DNA of 64,000 nucleotides from Alphaproteobacteria bacterium (GCA_965248835.1 CBDFLJ010000002.1:32001-96000); one strand, 5' to 3'. Positions 20,368 to 30,605 are shown, counted from the first letter of the stretch. Numbers and translations are program-made. The notes: generated by a model from the letters alone, not told the origin.

Positions 20368-21568
20368 GCCCGCGTGTGGCGGCGCCGCGCAGCACGCTCA
20401 CGCCCGAGAGGCCGGCGAGCACGGCGAAGACGATGAAGCTGTTGCCGTAGGAGCCGGTCGCGGTAGCGATCGCGCCGAATACGGGCGGGGCTGCGACGAC
20501 GCCGAAGAAGGTGATGAACAGCGCCCCGCCGGTCGCACGGCTCGCCTGGTCTCCCGGAGCGATGCGCGCGACCTCGGACAGGAAAAGCCCGTTCCAGCCG
20601 ACCGCGGTGGCACCGAGCAGGGCGCAAGCCGCGACGATCCAGCCATAGGCCCAGTCTTCGGTGAACAGCGCGGTGGCGACCCCGCAGCCGGTCATCGCCA
20701 CGCCGAGCCAGCCCAGCACGACCTGCGGCCGGCCGATGAAGTCGGCCAGCGCCCCCCAGACGATGCGCGCCAGGACCCCCGCGGCCTGGGCGATCGACAG
20801 TGTCAGCCCGGCCTTGAGGAACGGCATGCCGAGGCCGTTGACCAGGTAGGTGACCAGAAAAACGCTGAAGCACTGCTGGATTGCGGCGAAAAAGAATGAC
20901 GCAAAGCACAGCCGGCGCAGCGCGTTGTGGGCCAGCACCAGCCGCAGCGGGCCGATGATGCTGCCACGCACGGTTACCGGATCGGGCCGCAGCGCGGTGT
21001 CGAAATGCCGGCGCGCCGGCTGGACCGCGAGGATGCATAGCGCGCACAGCCCGGCCACCGCGAAGGCCGCACCACGCCAGCCAAAGGTGATCACGAACAG
21101 CGGCACCAGCGCGCCGGCCAGCATCCCGCCGAGCGGAACCCCGGTCTGCTTGATCGAGAACACCAGCGAGGACAGGTGCGCCGGCGTGTGCCGAGCCAGG
21201 ATGTGGGAGCTTGCCGGCGTCGCCGGGCCGAGCCCGAGCCCGAGGAAGACCGCGCACAACGCCATCACCGGCCACAGCCCGGTCGCGGTCAGCGCGATGG
21301 CTGCCATCGAGAGCGTCATGCCGATCTGGCTCATCCGGATCGCGCCGTAACGCGGCACCAGCCCGCCGCTCAGCAGCGATGCGGTCATCGCCCCGAGATA
21401 GACCAGGGATGCAAAGATGCCGATCAGGCTCGCATCGACGCCGATATCGCTCGCGGCGGCCGGGGCAAAGACCGCCACCGTCAGCGTCGCCATGGTGACC
21501 ATCGACTGCACCAGCAGCGTCGCGGCGAGCGCGCGGACGACCTGGGGGTGCGGCGTGCTCAGCCGCAA
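20351..21568 (-). CDS. MFS transporter
   Basis: About 12 hydrophobic segments; FSIKQTGVPLGG; GALADFIG motif. Confidence 0.88.
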   Translation of the reverse strand: MRLSTPHPQVVRALAATLLVQSMVTMATLTVAVFAPAAASDIGVDASLIGIFASLVYLGAMTASLLSGGLVPRYGAIRMSQIGMTLSMAAIALTATGLWPVMALCAVFLGLGLGPATPASSHILARHTPAHLSSLVFSIKQTGVPLGGMLAGALVPLFVITFGWRGAAFAVAGLCALCILAVQPARRHFDTALRPDPVTVRGSIIGPLRLVLAHNALRRLCFASFFFAAIQQCFSVFLVTYLVNGLGMPFLKAGLTLSIAQAAGVLARIVWGALADFIGRPQVVLGWLGVAMTGCGVATALFTEDWAYGWIVAACALLGATAVGWNGLFLSEVARIAPGDQASRATGGALFITFFGVVAAPPVFGAIATATGSYGNSFIVFAVLAGLSGVSVLRGAATRGLSPRR

Positions 21569-21595
21569 GCGCGCCTCGGAGATGCGGCGGCCACC

Positions 21596-22540
21596 TCAGA
21601 CTGCCCGGTTGAGAAGGGTCTCACCGTCGCGCAGGCGCCGGCAGTTCTCGATCGCGACCGTAAGGCTCCTTTCGAGTGTTTCCGGCGTCAGCCAAGCGAG
21701 GTGCGGCGCAAGCACCACGGTCTCCAGCCGGGCCAGCGGATGTTCCGCCGCGACAGGCTCCGAGGCGAAGACATCGAGCCCGGCGCCGGCCAGACGCCCG
21801 TTCGCAAGCGCCTGGATCAGGGCGTCTTCATCGACCAGGCCGCCGCGGGCGGTGTTGATCAGGACGGCGCCCTCTTTCATCACCGCGAACGCCGCGCGGT
21901 CGATCATGTTCCTCGTCTCCTCGGTGAGCGGTAGGTGGAGCGAGACGATGTCGGATTCGGCGAGCAGGCGTTCGCGGGTCCGCCAGACGGGTTCCGGCTC
22001 GGCGCCGACCCGCCGGCTGGTCACCAGCACCGAGGCACCGATCGCCGCCAGCATCGGGCGCAGCGCCCGCGCGACACGGCCGTAGCCGATGAGGCCGACG
22101 GTCCGACCGGCGATCTCGCCGACCCGGTCGAACGCTTCGGGGGCAATCGCCCATCCGGCGCCCTCGCGCACCGCGCGGTCGAAGGCGACGATACGCCGGA
22201 GGGTGGCCAGCATCAGGGCCAGCGTGTGCTCGGCGACGGCTTGGGTGTTGGTGCCCGGCATGTTGGCGACGGCGATCTTGTGCTCGCGCGCCGCATCGAG
22301 ATCGATGGTATCCAGCCCGACACCAATCTTCTGGATCAGGCGCAGCCTCGGGGCGGCCGCGATCTCGGCCGCGGCGGTCGCCTCCAGCACGTGGAACAGG
22401 ACATCGGCGTCTGCCATCTCTCGGGCGAAGGCGGGCTTGTCCTGGTCGTCGACGGCGACGATGGTCAGCCAGTCCGGCGCACACGCTGCCAGCCGGGACC
22501 GCAGCCCGGCGCTCGCACGGTATTGCAGCACCGCCTTCAC
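21596..22540 (-). CDS. D-isomer-specific 2-hydroxyacid dehydrogenase
   Basis: GLIGYGRVA, INTARG, LDVF..EP and PHLA. Confidence 0.92.
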   Translation of the reverse strand: MKAVLQYRASAGLRSRLAACAPDWLTIVAVDDQDKPAFAREMADADVLFHVLEATAAAEIAAAPRLRLIQKIGVGLDTIDLDAAREHKIAVANMPGTNTQAVAEHTLALMLATLRRIVAFDRAVREGAGWAIAPEAFDRVGEIAGRTVGLIGYGRVARALRPMLAAIGASVLVTSRRVGAEPEPVWRTRERLLAESDIVSLHLPLTEETRNMIDRAAFAVMKEGAVLINTARGGLVDEDALIQALANGRLAGAGLDVFASEPVAAEHPLARLETVVLAPHLAWLTPETLERSLTVAIENCRRLRDGETLLNRAV

Positions 22541-23829
22541 CGGCTGGCCGCCGGGCGCAACGTCAGGCCCGCGGCACCGGCGAAGCGGGCGCCCGAAGTC
22601 TCCTCGATGCGGAGCGCTTCGTTCCACTTGGCCATGCGCTCGGAGCGGCTGAACGCGCCAACCTTGAGCTGGGGTATCCCCCAGCCGGCCGCAAGGTGGA
22701 CGATGGTCGTATCCTCGCTCTCACCGGACCGAGCCGAGGCGATTGCCCCGTAGCCCGCCTTGTGTGCGGCATCAAGCGCGGCCTTGGTCTCGGTCAGCGT
22801 GCCGGCCTGGTTCGGCTTGATCAGAACCGCGTTGCAAACCCCCGCCTGTGCTGCGCGGGCAATCCGCCCGGCGTCGGTCACCAGCGCGTCGTCACCGACG
22901 ACCTGCAGCCGGTCGCCCCACCGGCCGGTGAAGGCAGCCAGCCCCCGCCAGTCGTCCTCGGCCAGCGGGTCTTCGATCGACACGATCGGGTAGCGCGCGC
23001 ACCAATCCGCCAGCATCCCGGCCATGGCTTCGCCGTCGAGCGCGCGGCCCTCATGGGCGAGCCGGTAGCGGCCGTCGGCGCCGAATTCGGAGGCAGCGAC
23101 GTCGAGAGAGATCCCGATCTCTTCGACCGGCCGCTTGCCGGTGCGCTCGATAGCCCTGACCAGCATCTCCAGCGCCGCCTCGTTGGTCGCCAGGCGCGGC
23201 CAATAGCCGCCCTCATCGGCAACGCCGGCAAGCAGCCCGGCGCGGTCGAGCAGGTCTCCGGCCGCCCGGTAGACCTCGGCGGTCCAGTCGAGCGCCTCGG
23301 CAAAGCTGTCCGCAGCAAGGCAGACAACCATGAAGTCCTGCACGTCAAGCCGGCCCGCGGCATGCGCGCCCCCGCCGAAGATCTGGATCTCGGGCAGCGG
23401 CAGCACCGGCGGCCCGCCGCCGGCGAGATACCGCCATAGCGGGACACAGGCCGTCGACGCCGCCGCGTGAGCCGCCGCCATCGAGGCCGCGATCATCGCA
23501 TTGCCGCCCAGCCCGCTCTTGTCCCGGGTGCCGTCGAGCGCGATCAGAACGTCGTCGAGCCCGGCCTGGTCATCGGCGGCGTGACCGCGCAGCGCCTGCG
23601 CTATCGGTCCGTTCAGGTTTGCGACCGCGGTCCGGACATCGAGCCCGCCATGTGCCGTCCCGCCGTCACGGAGATCGATTGCCTCATGCGAACCGCGCGA
23701 GGCACCGGCGGGCGCGATCGCACGGCCGAACCCGCCGCCCGCGGTCTCGATCTCGGCCTCCACCGTGGGGCGTCCGCGTGAATCCCAGACACGGCGCCCG
23801 TGAACCCGGCGAATCGCCGCCGCGTTCAC
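22537..23829 (-). CDS. Enolase paralog with divergent active site
   Basis: DSRGRPTVE, EDPL, VGDD and LIKPNQ; SARSGESED replaces the canonical SHRSGETED. Confidence 0.88.
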   Translation of the reverse strand: MNAAAIRRVHGRRVWDSRGRPTVEAEIETAGGGFGRAIAPAGASRGSHEAIDLRDGGTAHGGLDVRTAVANLNGPIAQALRGHAADDQAGLDDVLIALDGTRDKSGLGGNAMIAASMAAAHAAASTACVPLWRYLAGGGPPVLPLPEIQIFGGGAHAAGRLDVQDFMVVCLAADSFAEALDWTAEVYRAAGDLLDRAGLLAGVADEGGYWPRLATNEAALEMLVRAIERTGKRPVEEIGISLDVAASEFGADGRYRLAHEGRALDGEAMAGMLADWCARYPIVSIEDPLAEDDWRGLAAFTGRWGDRLQVVGDDALVTDAGRIARAAQAGVCNAVLIKPNQAGTLTETKAALDAAHKAGYGAIASARSGESEDTTIVHLAAGWGIPQLKVGAFSRSERMAKWNEALRIEETSGARFAGAAGLTLRPAASR

Positions 23830-24839
23830 CGCGCGGCTGCCTTGCGCCAATCGGCCGCCAGGGACTGGAGCCGTTCCGGAGGATGACGCAGCTTCTGGAA
23901 CGCGAAGGTCCGGACGGTCGACAGGTCCGCTGCGTCCACCAGATACTCGACTGGGGACTTGCCGTCGACGCGCGCCAGAAGCAGCCCCGGAATGAGCCGC
24001 GCCGCGCGGGCTTCCAGCGCATCGGGCGCCTCCCACGTCACCGCATCCAGATAGGCCGCGCCGAGCGCGGCAAACGCCTGGAGGTATGCGCTGCAATGGG
24101 CGGGCCGCCACAGGCATTTGAGCAACAGATGATTGAGGCAGAACGCGAGGTCGAAGGCGGGATCGCCATACCATGCGCATTCGGCGTCGAGAAACACCGG
24201 CCCGTCCGGCCCGGCAAGGATGTTCTTCGGGCTGACGTCGCCATGGACCAGCGCGGCCCGGCAGGACGCGGTATGCCGGGCAAGCGCGCACAGCGGATCC
24301 GCCACGGCTGGGTGCGCCGCGGCCGCGGTGAGCAGATACGGTTCCAGCCGAAGTGCATGGAACAGCTCATCGGTCCGGAACGCCTGGGCGATGCCGGCGT
24401 CTGCCGCGCTCGCCGCATGCAGGCGGGCGAGGGTGCCGCCCACCGCAGCGGCGAAGCCGGGCGATATCCGGCCGTCGCGCAGCAAGTCCTTCCACACCGG
24501 ATAGGTCGCCGAGTCCAGGTAGTCCATGACGATCAGCCCGGCGGCGCGGTCTTCATGGACCAGAGCCGGCACGTTGCCCGGCGCCGTGCGGCCGGCATGG
24601 CGGATCCATTCGGCCTCGTAGTGATTGCGCTCGACCGGGACGCACCACTCGGCGGCGACCTTCAGCCGCGGCAGCGCACGCTTGACACAGAGCGTGCGCC
24701 CGTCGGCCTCCAGGCGCCAGATGTCCGAAGACACCCCGCCGGCAAGCGGCACGAGCCGTGCCGGCTCGGTTGCGCCGATCACCCCGGCGGCGCGAAGCGC
24801 ATCCAGCACCACGCCGTGATCGACCGGCCGGGCCTGCAT
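23826..24839 (-). CDS. APH/methylthioribose-kinase-like phosphotransferase
   Basis: GGVSSD, CVK, HGDVSPKNIL and DAEC..YGDPAFD. Confidence 0.85.
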   Translation of the reverse strand: MQARPVDHGVVLDALRAAGVIGATEPARLVPLAGGVSSDIWRLEADGRTLCVKRALPRLKVAAEWCVPVERNHYEAEWIRHAGRTAPGNVPALVHEDRAAGLIVMDYLDSATYPVWKDLLRDGRISPGFAAAVGGTLARLHAASAADAGIAQAFRTDELFHALRLEPYLLTAAAAHPAVADPLCALARHTASCRAALVHGDVSPKNILAGPDGPVFLDAECAWYGDPAFDLAFCLNHLLLKCLWRPAHCSAYLQAFAALGAAYLDAVTWEAPDALEARAARLIPGLLLARVDGKSPVEYLVDAADLSTVRTFAFQKLRHPPERLQSLAADWRKAAAR

Positions 24840-26113
24840 CAAGCCGCCCGGCCGTTGAATCCCATGACCTCGCGGTAGTACTGCCAGAAGCCGCGGATCG
24901 CGACCTCCTGGGCCAACGTGTCCTGGTCCTCGACCGGGCCGCGGCCGCCCATCTCGATGAACGAGTGCTCGCCCACCTGGGTGCGGGTGGCCTGCTGGAC
25001 CAGGCGTGCGGCCTCGCCGTCCTCCATCGAGATGAAACCGGCCGGACCGACCATGTTGGAGAGCAGCAGCTTGTCGTGATGCTCGTCCGCATCCGCGTCG
25101 GCGAAGCCGAGATAGGTCCAGTAGATCTCGAACTTCTCCGGCCCCTTGGGGCGCACGTGGCGGATCTGGAAGGCGTTGTCGACCTGGGCGACGACCAGAG
25201 AGGGGAAAATCGATAGGATCACCGTGGTCACGCCGTCGTCGAACGACCGCCGTGTCTGGATCAGCCGCGGGTCCTTGAGCTTGAAGTCGGGCCGGTACTT
25301 GGCGTTGGTCTTGTACTGCTCGACCAGTACGTCGTGGTCTTTGGGATCCTTGGCATCGGCCTGGGCCAGGATGCAGTTGTGCTTGCCGCCGCCGCCGACG
25401 ACGATGCCGCCCTTCATTGCCGGTGTCTGGATGCCGAAGGTGACATGGAACAGGTGCAGCAGCGGCGCGTGGTAGGGATCGCGCGTGTTCTCGGCATAGA
25501 GCTTCCAGTTGGCCTCCACCACCTGGCGGAAATAGCCCAGCCGGCGGAGCGGCCGGTCGGTGATCCGGTCGATCTGCTTGACCGCATTCGCCCCGAGATA
25601 GGCCTCCAAGGGCATGATCTCGTCGGCAAAGGTGCCGAAAACCAGACCGCGGTAGCAGGCCGTCCGGAGCTTGCGCATCCCCCGGCCGGCGAGGTCGAAG
25701 TCCTCCGGCATGCCGCCCCGGCCCTTGACGCCCTTCTGCTGGGGCACCGCGGTCAGGCTGCCGGCATGGTCGTAGCACCACATGTGATAGGGGCAGTTGA
25801 ACTGCTTGGCGTTGCCGCGCAGCCGGGTGACGACCTGGGCGCCGCGGTGGGCGCAGCGGTTCTCGAAGGCGTGGATCCGCCCGTCCAGGGCGCGGGCGAC
25901 CACCACCCGGCGCTCGCCGAGATAGGTGGTGGCGTAATCGCCCGGCTCGGCAATCTCCTGCTCCAGGGCGAGATACTGCCAGTGCGGACCGGTAAAGATA
26001 CGATCCAGCTCCAGCTCGTACAGCGCCCGGTCGTTGAACACCTCGAACGGCACCCTTGTGCCGTCGTCTGCCTGCCAGCGAATGTCCAATCCGGTCCGAC
26101 GCGCGGAGTCCAT
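24839..26113 (-). CDS. Rieske ring-hydroxylating oxygenase alpha subunit (salicylate-5-hydroxylase/anthranilate-like class)
   Basis: CAH...CPYH Rieske site; NWKLY.EN..DPYH...H and EDG mononuclear Fe site. Confidence 0.9.
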   Translation of the reverse strand: MDSARRTGLDIRWQADDGTRVPFEVFNDRALYELELDRIFTGPHWQYLALEQEIAEPGDYATTYLGERRVVVARALDGRIHAFENRCAHRGAQVVTRLRGNAKQFNCPYHMWCYDHAGSLTAVPQQKGVKGRGGMPEDFDLAGRGMRKLRTACYRGLVFGTFADEIMPLEAYLGANAVKQIDRITDRPLRRLGYFRQVVEANWKLYAENTRDPYHAPLLHLFHVTFGIQTPAMKGGIVVGGGGKHNCILAQADAKDPKDHDVLVEQYKTNAKYRPDFKLKDPRLIQTRRSFDDGVTTVILSIFPSLVVAQVDNAFQIRHVRPKGPEKFEIYWTYLGFADADADEHHDKLLLSNMVGPAGFISMEDGEAARLVQQATRTQVGEHSFIEMGGRGPVEDQDTLAQEVAIRGFWQYYREVMGFNGRAA

Positions 26114-26222
26114 GGCCCGATGCCTTCCAGGGTGCAGCAGGTCCGGATGGTGACCCGATATCGGTCCACAGGCAACACGGCTGCGCTATAGTCGGCGCGA
26201 CAGTCAGTCAGGCGAGGCGATC

Positions 26223-27740
26223 ATGGCCGACGGCAAGACCGAAATTCTGATCCGCGGCGGGCGGGTCTACGACCACGATGGGGACACCGACCTGCCGCCG
26301 GTGGCCGACATGCTGGTCCGCGGCGACCGCATCGCCGAGATCGGGCCGGGCCTGAACGCCCCCGGTGCAAGCGTGATCGAAGCCGCGGGCAAGCTGGTGA
26401 TACCGGGATTCGTCAACGCCCACTACCACTCCCACGACGTGCTGATGAAGGGCTGCTTCGAGACGATCCCGCTGGAGCACTGGCTGTTGAACGCGCTGCC
26501 GCCCAACTACCCGCTGCGCTCGGTGGCCGAGGTCCGGGCGCGGACGCTGCTGGGCGCGGCCGAATGCCTGCGCTCCGGCATGACCACGATCCAGGACATG
26601 CTGACCCTGTTCCCGTTCGATCCCGCCCATGTCGAGACGGTGATCGCGGCCTATGGCGAGATCGGCATCCGATGCACCTTCTCACTGCAGATCGGCGACA
26701 TCCCCGGCATCGAGCGCGTGCCGTTCTGGAAGGAGGTGGTGCCCGAGGCGTTCCACCGCCATCTCGGCGCCTCGGTCGAGCCGACCGGGGACGACCCGCT
26801 GGTCCGGGTGCGCGATCAGTACCTCGCCCACCGCAATGCATCGCCCCGGCTCCACTGGGCGCTTGGGCCGACCAGCCCGGAGTTCTGCACGCCGGCGCTG
26901 CTGGAAGGCCTGGCCGGGCTATCGGCCGAGCACGGCCTGCCGGTGATCACCCACATCTACGAATCCCGCGGCATGGCGCTCGCCGGGCGCATGTTCATGC
27001 CCGAGCACGACGGCAGCCAGGTCAAATACCTGCAATCGACCGGCCTGCTGGGTCCCGGTCTCGGCCTCGCCCACAGCGTCTGGATGCGGGACGACGAAAT
27101 CGCGCTGCTCGCAGACACCGGCACCAACGTGATCCTCAACCCGGTCGGCAACCTCAAGACCCGCAGCGGCGTGCCGCCGATCCGCGCCTATCTCGATTCC
27201 GGCGTGCCGGTGGCGATCGGCTGCGACAACTGCTCCTGCGGCGACTCCCAGAACATGTTCCACGCGATGAAGGCCTTTGCCGGGCTCGCCGCGGTCACCG
27301 ACCCCGAGCCCGGCCCGCCGAGCGCGGCCGACACCCTGTTCTGCGCAACCCGCGGCGGGGCGCGCGCGCTGGGGCTGGACGGGCTGGTGGGCGCGCTCGC
27401 GCCGGGCATGAAGGCCGACATCGCGATCCTCGATCTCGCGCTGCCGCAATACGTCCCGCTCAATTCGGCGGCCCGCCAGACCGTCTTCGCCGAGAGCGGC
27501 GAGAGCGTGGACACGGTGATCGTCGACGGCCGCGTCGTGCTCGAAAACCGCAAACTCACCTTCATCGACGAGGACGCGCTCTATGAGGAGGTCGATGCGG
27601 TGATGCCGGGCCTGCGCGCCGACATGGCGAAGGTCGCCGCGCGAAACGCGGCGATGCAGGCGCCTCTGCTGGAGGCCTGGCGCAAGACCTGGGAGTCCGA
27701 TGTCGGGCTCAACCGGTTCGTCGGCAACCGCGAGATCTGA
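26223..27740 (+). CDS. Metal-dependent amidohydrolase (MTA/SAH deaminase/AtzA-like family)
   Basis: PGFVNAHYH, HIYE, AHSVW, GCD and GMKADI. Confidence 0.88.
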   Translation: MADGKTEILIRGGRVYDHDGDTDLPPVADMLVRGDRIAEIGPGLNAPGASVIEAAGKLVIPGFVNAHYHSHDVLMKGCFETIPLEHWLLNALPPNYPLRSVAEVRARTLLGAAECLRSGMTTIQDMLTLFPFDPAHVETVIAAYGEIGIRCTFSLQIGDIPGIERVPFWKEVVPEAFHRHLGASVEPTGDDPLVRVRDQYLAHRNASPRLHWALGPTSPEFCTPALLEGLAGLSAEHGLPVITHIYESRGMALAGRMFMPEHDGSQVKYLQSTGLLGPGLGLAHSVWMRDDEIALLADTGTNVILNPVGNLKTRSGVPPIRAYLDSGVPVAIGCDNCSCGDSQNMFHAMKAFAGLAAVTDPEPGPPSAADTLFCATRGGARALGLDGLVGALAPGMKADIAILDLALPQYVPLNSAARQTVFAESGESVDTVIVDGRVVLENRKLTFIDEDALYEEVDAVMPGLRADMAKVAARNAAMQAPLLEAWRKTWESDVGLNRFVGNREI

Positions 27741-27853
27741 GACCGTTCGGGGGACGGCTTCGACCTTGAAAGCCGCGGTGATCGGGCGGCAGGGCGGGGT
27801 CGAGAACATCGTTTACTGCGCCGGCCGGACGCCAAGCGCCTTGGGCGCCGTCC

Positions 27854-28381
27854 TCAGAGCGGCTTGGCGTCGATCAGAACGAAGGCGACGGCGCAGGGCT
27901 CGGCGCCGCGGTTGACCCAGCCGTGGTTTGTGCCGCGCTGGACAACGACATCGCCGGCCCTGACGGTCACATCGGTGTCGTCAAGCAGCAGGTCGATCTC
28001 GCCGCTGATCACCACCGCGTAGTCGACGCTGCGGGTCTTGTGCATTGAGGGGTGACGCGCGGCGGCCGCATCGGAGGCATCCAGCCCGAGCTCGGCCTTG
28101 AGATCGGCATTGGAGAAGGCCGTCTCGCCGACGTCTTCGGGCGGGAAGGTGACGACACGGAAGACCGAGCCGCCGTCCGGCGGGGCGACGCCGATCTCGC
28201 GGTCGGCCTTGTCGGGCGCGCCGGCGTTGTCGGCCGGCGTTGCGTCCTCGACCCACAGGAGCGTCGAGGTCAGCCCGTTTGCCGCACGCACGCGCATGTT
28301 GGCGGCCGTCCCGTCGATCGCGACCACCGCCTTGCCGGCCGCGTCGTGGCCGGTGACGACCCGGCGGATGCCCGACGCCAT
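27854..28381 (-). CDS. Cupin domain protein
   Basis: RRVVTGHD, MHKTRSVDY and QRGTNHGW. Confidence 0.88.
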   Translation of the reverse strand: MASGIRRVVTGHDAAGKAVVAIDGTAANMRVRAANGLTSTLLWVEDATPADNAGAPDKADREIGVAPPDGGSVFRVVTFPPEDVGETAFSNADLKAELGLDASDAAAARHPSMHKTRSVDYAVVISGEIDLLLDDTDVTVRAGDVVVQRGTNHGWVNRGAEPCAVAFVLIDAKPL

Positions 28382-28387
28382 CGCCGG

Positions 28388-29461
28388 TTACTCCGCCGCC
28401 GCCTGTTCCTCGGCGAAACGGGGCATCACCGCCTCGCTGAACAGCCGCATAGAACGCGCGGCGTCCTCATAGGAGATCGTGTTGAAGTTCACCTGCAATG
28501 AGGCGTCGTCGATGCCGCCCACGATCGCGTTATAGGCGCGGATTCTCTCGATCAGCTCATCGGGCGTGCCGACCCAGGCCGCGCCCTTCTCGACCTGGGA
28601 TTCGAAGGTCTCCTTGCTGAGCGCATCGATCATCTTGTCGTAACCCTTGTAGTCGGCCGAGGTCGTGCCGCTGGTCCAGTCCGAGGCCGCCTCGACCAGG
28701 GTGCCGAGATAGTGGTTGAGCGGCTCGCGGGCGATCCTCACGGCCTCGTCGTGGTCCTCGTGGCACAGCATGTGGAAGGCGAGCATCACCCGGCCCCTGC
28801 CGGGGTGGCCGGCGGCGCGCCAAGCCTCGTGGTAGGTCTCGCACAGCTCGCGCATCGCGCCGCCGGCGATCGGGATCGCCATGATCCAATTGCCCTGGCG
28901 GCCGGCCTTCTCGAAGGACTGGGGCGTTGTGAAGGCAGCGGTCCAGAACTGCGGGCGCGGCTTCTGGGTCGGGCGCGGCAGCGAGGTGACGTTGGCGAAG
29001 CGGTGGAACGTGCCCTCCATGCTCACATTCTCCTCCTCCAGCAGCTTGGCGACCTGGGCCACGCCTTCGTCGAACCGGGCCACGGATTCGTCGAGCGAGA
29101 CGCCGAAGCGGTCGTACTCGTGCGGCAGGAACGCCCGCGCGAAGCCGATCTCCAGCCGGCCGCCGGAGATCGCATCCAGCATCGCGAGCTCGCCGGCCAG
29201 CTTGAGCGGGTTGTTGAATACCGGCAGCACCGCGCCGGTCACCAGCCGCGCTTTGGCGGTGCGCTGCGAGGCCGCGGTCAGGAAGACCACCGGGTTCGGG
29301 CTGTAGCCGCCATAGCGGTGAAAGTAGTGCTCGACGGTGCGCACGTGGGTGTAGCCGTATTCGTCACACAGCTCGCACAGGCGAAGGGCTTCGTCGAAAT
29401 AGTCCTCCGCCGACTTCTCCGCCGGTCCCACGTCGGGGAAGAACTGTATCCCGAATTCCAT
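28388..29461 (-). CDS. Luciferase-like (LLM) flavin-dependent oxidoreductase
   Basis: EHYF..YGG.SP, LDAISGGRLEIG and PRPTQKPRP. Confidence 0.92.
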   Translation of the reverse strand: MEFGIQFFPDVGPAEKSAEDYFDEALRLCELCDEYGYTHVRTVEHYFHRYGGYSPNPVVFLTAASQRTAKARLVTGAVLPVFNNPLKLAGELAMLDAISGGRLEIGFARAFLPHEYDRFGVSLDESVARFDEGVAQVAKLLEEENVSMEGTFHRFANVTSLPRPTQKPRPQFWTAAFTTPQSFEKAGRQGNWIMAIPIAGGAMRELCETYHEAWRAAGHPGRGRVMLAFHMLCHEDHDEAVRIAREPLNHYLGTLVEAASDWTSGTTSADYKGYDKMIDALSKETFESQVEKGAAWVGTPDELIERIRAYNAIVGGIDDASLQVNFNTISYEDAARSMRLFSEAVMPRFAEEQAAAE

Positions 29462-29483
29462 CGTCCGGTCTCCGCCTGTTGGG

Positions 29484-29527
29484 TTGACAGGCAGTGTAGC
29501 GAAGAATTTAATCCGTGTACAGAATAT
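29484..29527 (+). promoter_or_regulatory. Sigma70-like promoter and overlapping imperfect palindrome (candidate MarR operator)
   Basis: TTGACA-N17-TTTAAT (29484-29512) followed by ATCCGTGTACAGAAT between divergent LLM and marR genes. Confidence 0.55.
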
Positions 29528-29540
29528 CTTTGGAACCCGC

Positions 29541-30020
29541 ATGGACGACCAGCGCCCCGCCTTCGAGCCGCCGCCAGCGCCGGACCTCGACAGCTACGAT
29601 TTGCGCGGCGCGCCGGGCCACCTGATCCGGCGCTGCCAGCAGCGTGCGATCGACCTGTTCGTCGAGGAGGTCGGCGAGGCCGGCCCGACGCCGCGCCAAT
29701 TCGCGATTCTGTTGAGCGTGCGCCAGAACCCCGGCGTCAACCAGACCGATCTGGTGCGCCTGACCGGCATCGACCGTTCGACCCTGACCGAAATTTTGCG
29801 GCGGATGGCCGCGCGCGATTGGCTGCGGCGGGACCGCAGGCCGGCCGACCAGCGGGCCAATGCGCTCCACCTGATGCCTGCGGGCGAGGCGGTGCTCAGG
29901 GCCGCCTTCGCCGCCGCCGAGCGCGCCCAGGCGCGCATCCTGGCACCCGTTGCCCCGGCCGACCGGGTGGCGGTGCTGCGTGTCCTGGAACGCCTTGCCG
30001 GCCTGGACCAGACGCCCTAA
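29541..30020 (+). CDS. MarR family regulator
   Basis: PGHLIRRCQQ, TPRQF, GIDRST and DQRA. Confidence 0.92.
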   Translation: MDDQRPAFEPPPAPDLDSYDLRGAPGHLIRRCQQRAIDLFVEEVGEAGPTPRQFAILLSVRQNPGVNQTDLVRLTGIDRSTLTEILRRMAARDWLRRDRRPADQRANALHLMPAGEAVLRAAFAAAERAQARILAPVAPADRVAVLRVLERLAGLDQTP

Positions 30021-30235
30021 TAGCTCTGGGACAGGGTCTGCGAGCCCTTGCCGAATTCGGGGTAAGCCTCCAAGCCTAGTTCGACCTGGTCGAGACCGGC
30101 GAGCTCGTCCTCGGTTTCGAGGCGGATGCCGACGGTGTGGCGGATCGCAAGCCAGACCAGGGCGCTGGCGATGAAGACCATCTGGAAGAACCAGTCGGAC
30201 ATCGAGGCATAGTTGGCGCCCTCGGCGGCTTTCAA
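30017..30235 (-). pseudogene. amtB: Internally deleted ammonium transporter (amtB) remnant
   Basis: N-terminal Amt motif SDWFFQMVF joined directly to C-terminal GIR...E..GLD..ELGLEAYPEF. Confidence 0.75.
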
Positions 30236-30304
30236 GAAGGCGGCAAGGGCGCCGGCCTTTGCTCCGTTATCGGTGCCTCCCTTCGGCCGGACGGCGCGGC
30301 GGGC

Positions 30305-30520
30305 TCATCGGGCAAGGCTCAGCCTCTGGGCAACCTCGCGGACCAGGACCCGATAGAGTTCGGCGATGTCCTCGGCCGATCTGCCGGTGCGCAGCAGCGC
30401 GCTCAACACGATCTCGTTCGCGGGCCATGCCGGTTCCGCCCAACCTCCGAGCGGCACTTGCGATTCGGAAGCGGTCCAAGGCGCGGCTGTCAGGGCCTCG
30501 AATACGGGCTCGGAAATCAT
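30305..30520 (-). CDS. Small hypothetical protein, possible C-terminal HTH-like segment
   Basis: GAAGGAG RBS before ATG; G.S.EDIAELY.V pattern; divergent from LysR. Confidence 0.45.
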   Translation of the reverse strand: MISEPVFEALTAAPWTASESQVPLGGWAEPAWPANEIVLSALLRTGRSAEDIAELYRVLVREVAQRLSLAR

Positions 30521-30605
30521 GACTGTGCGCTCCTTCAACAATGGTGCTGCGGGTCAGGCTAGCGTTGCTTAGTGTTGTCGTCTTCTGCTAGTTTTTCACC
30601 AGAGC

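Noticed and set aside
11749-25781. Apparent long fusion ORFs (11749-13404, 16338-18137, 22537-24291, 23826-25781)
   Set aside because: The extensions are off-frame overlaps with real upstream genes in high-GC DNA
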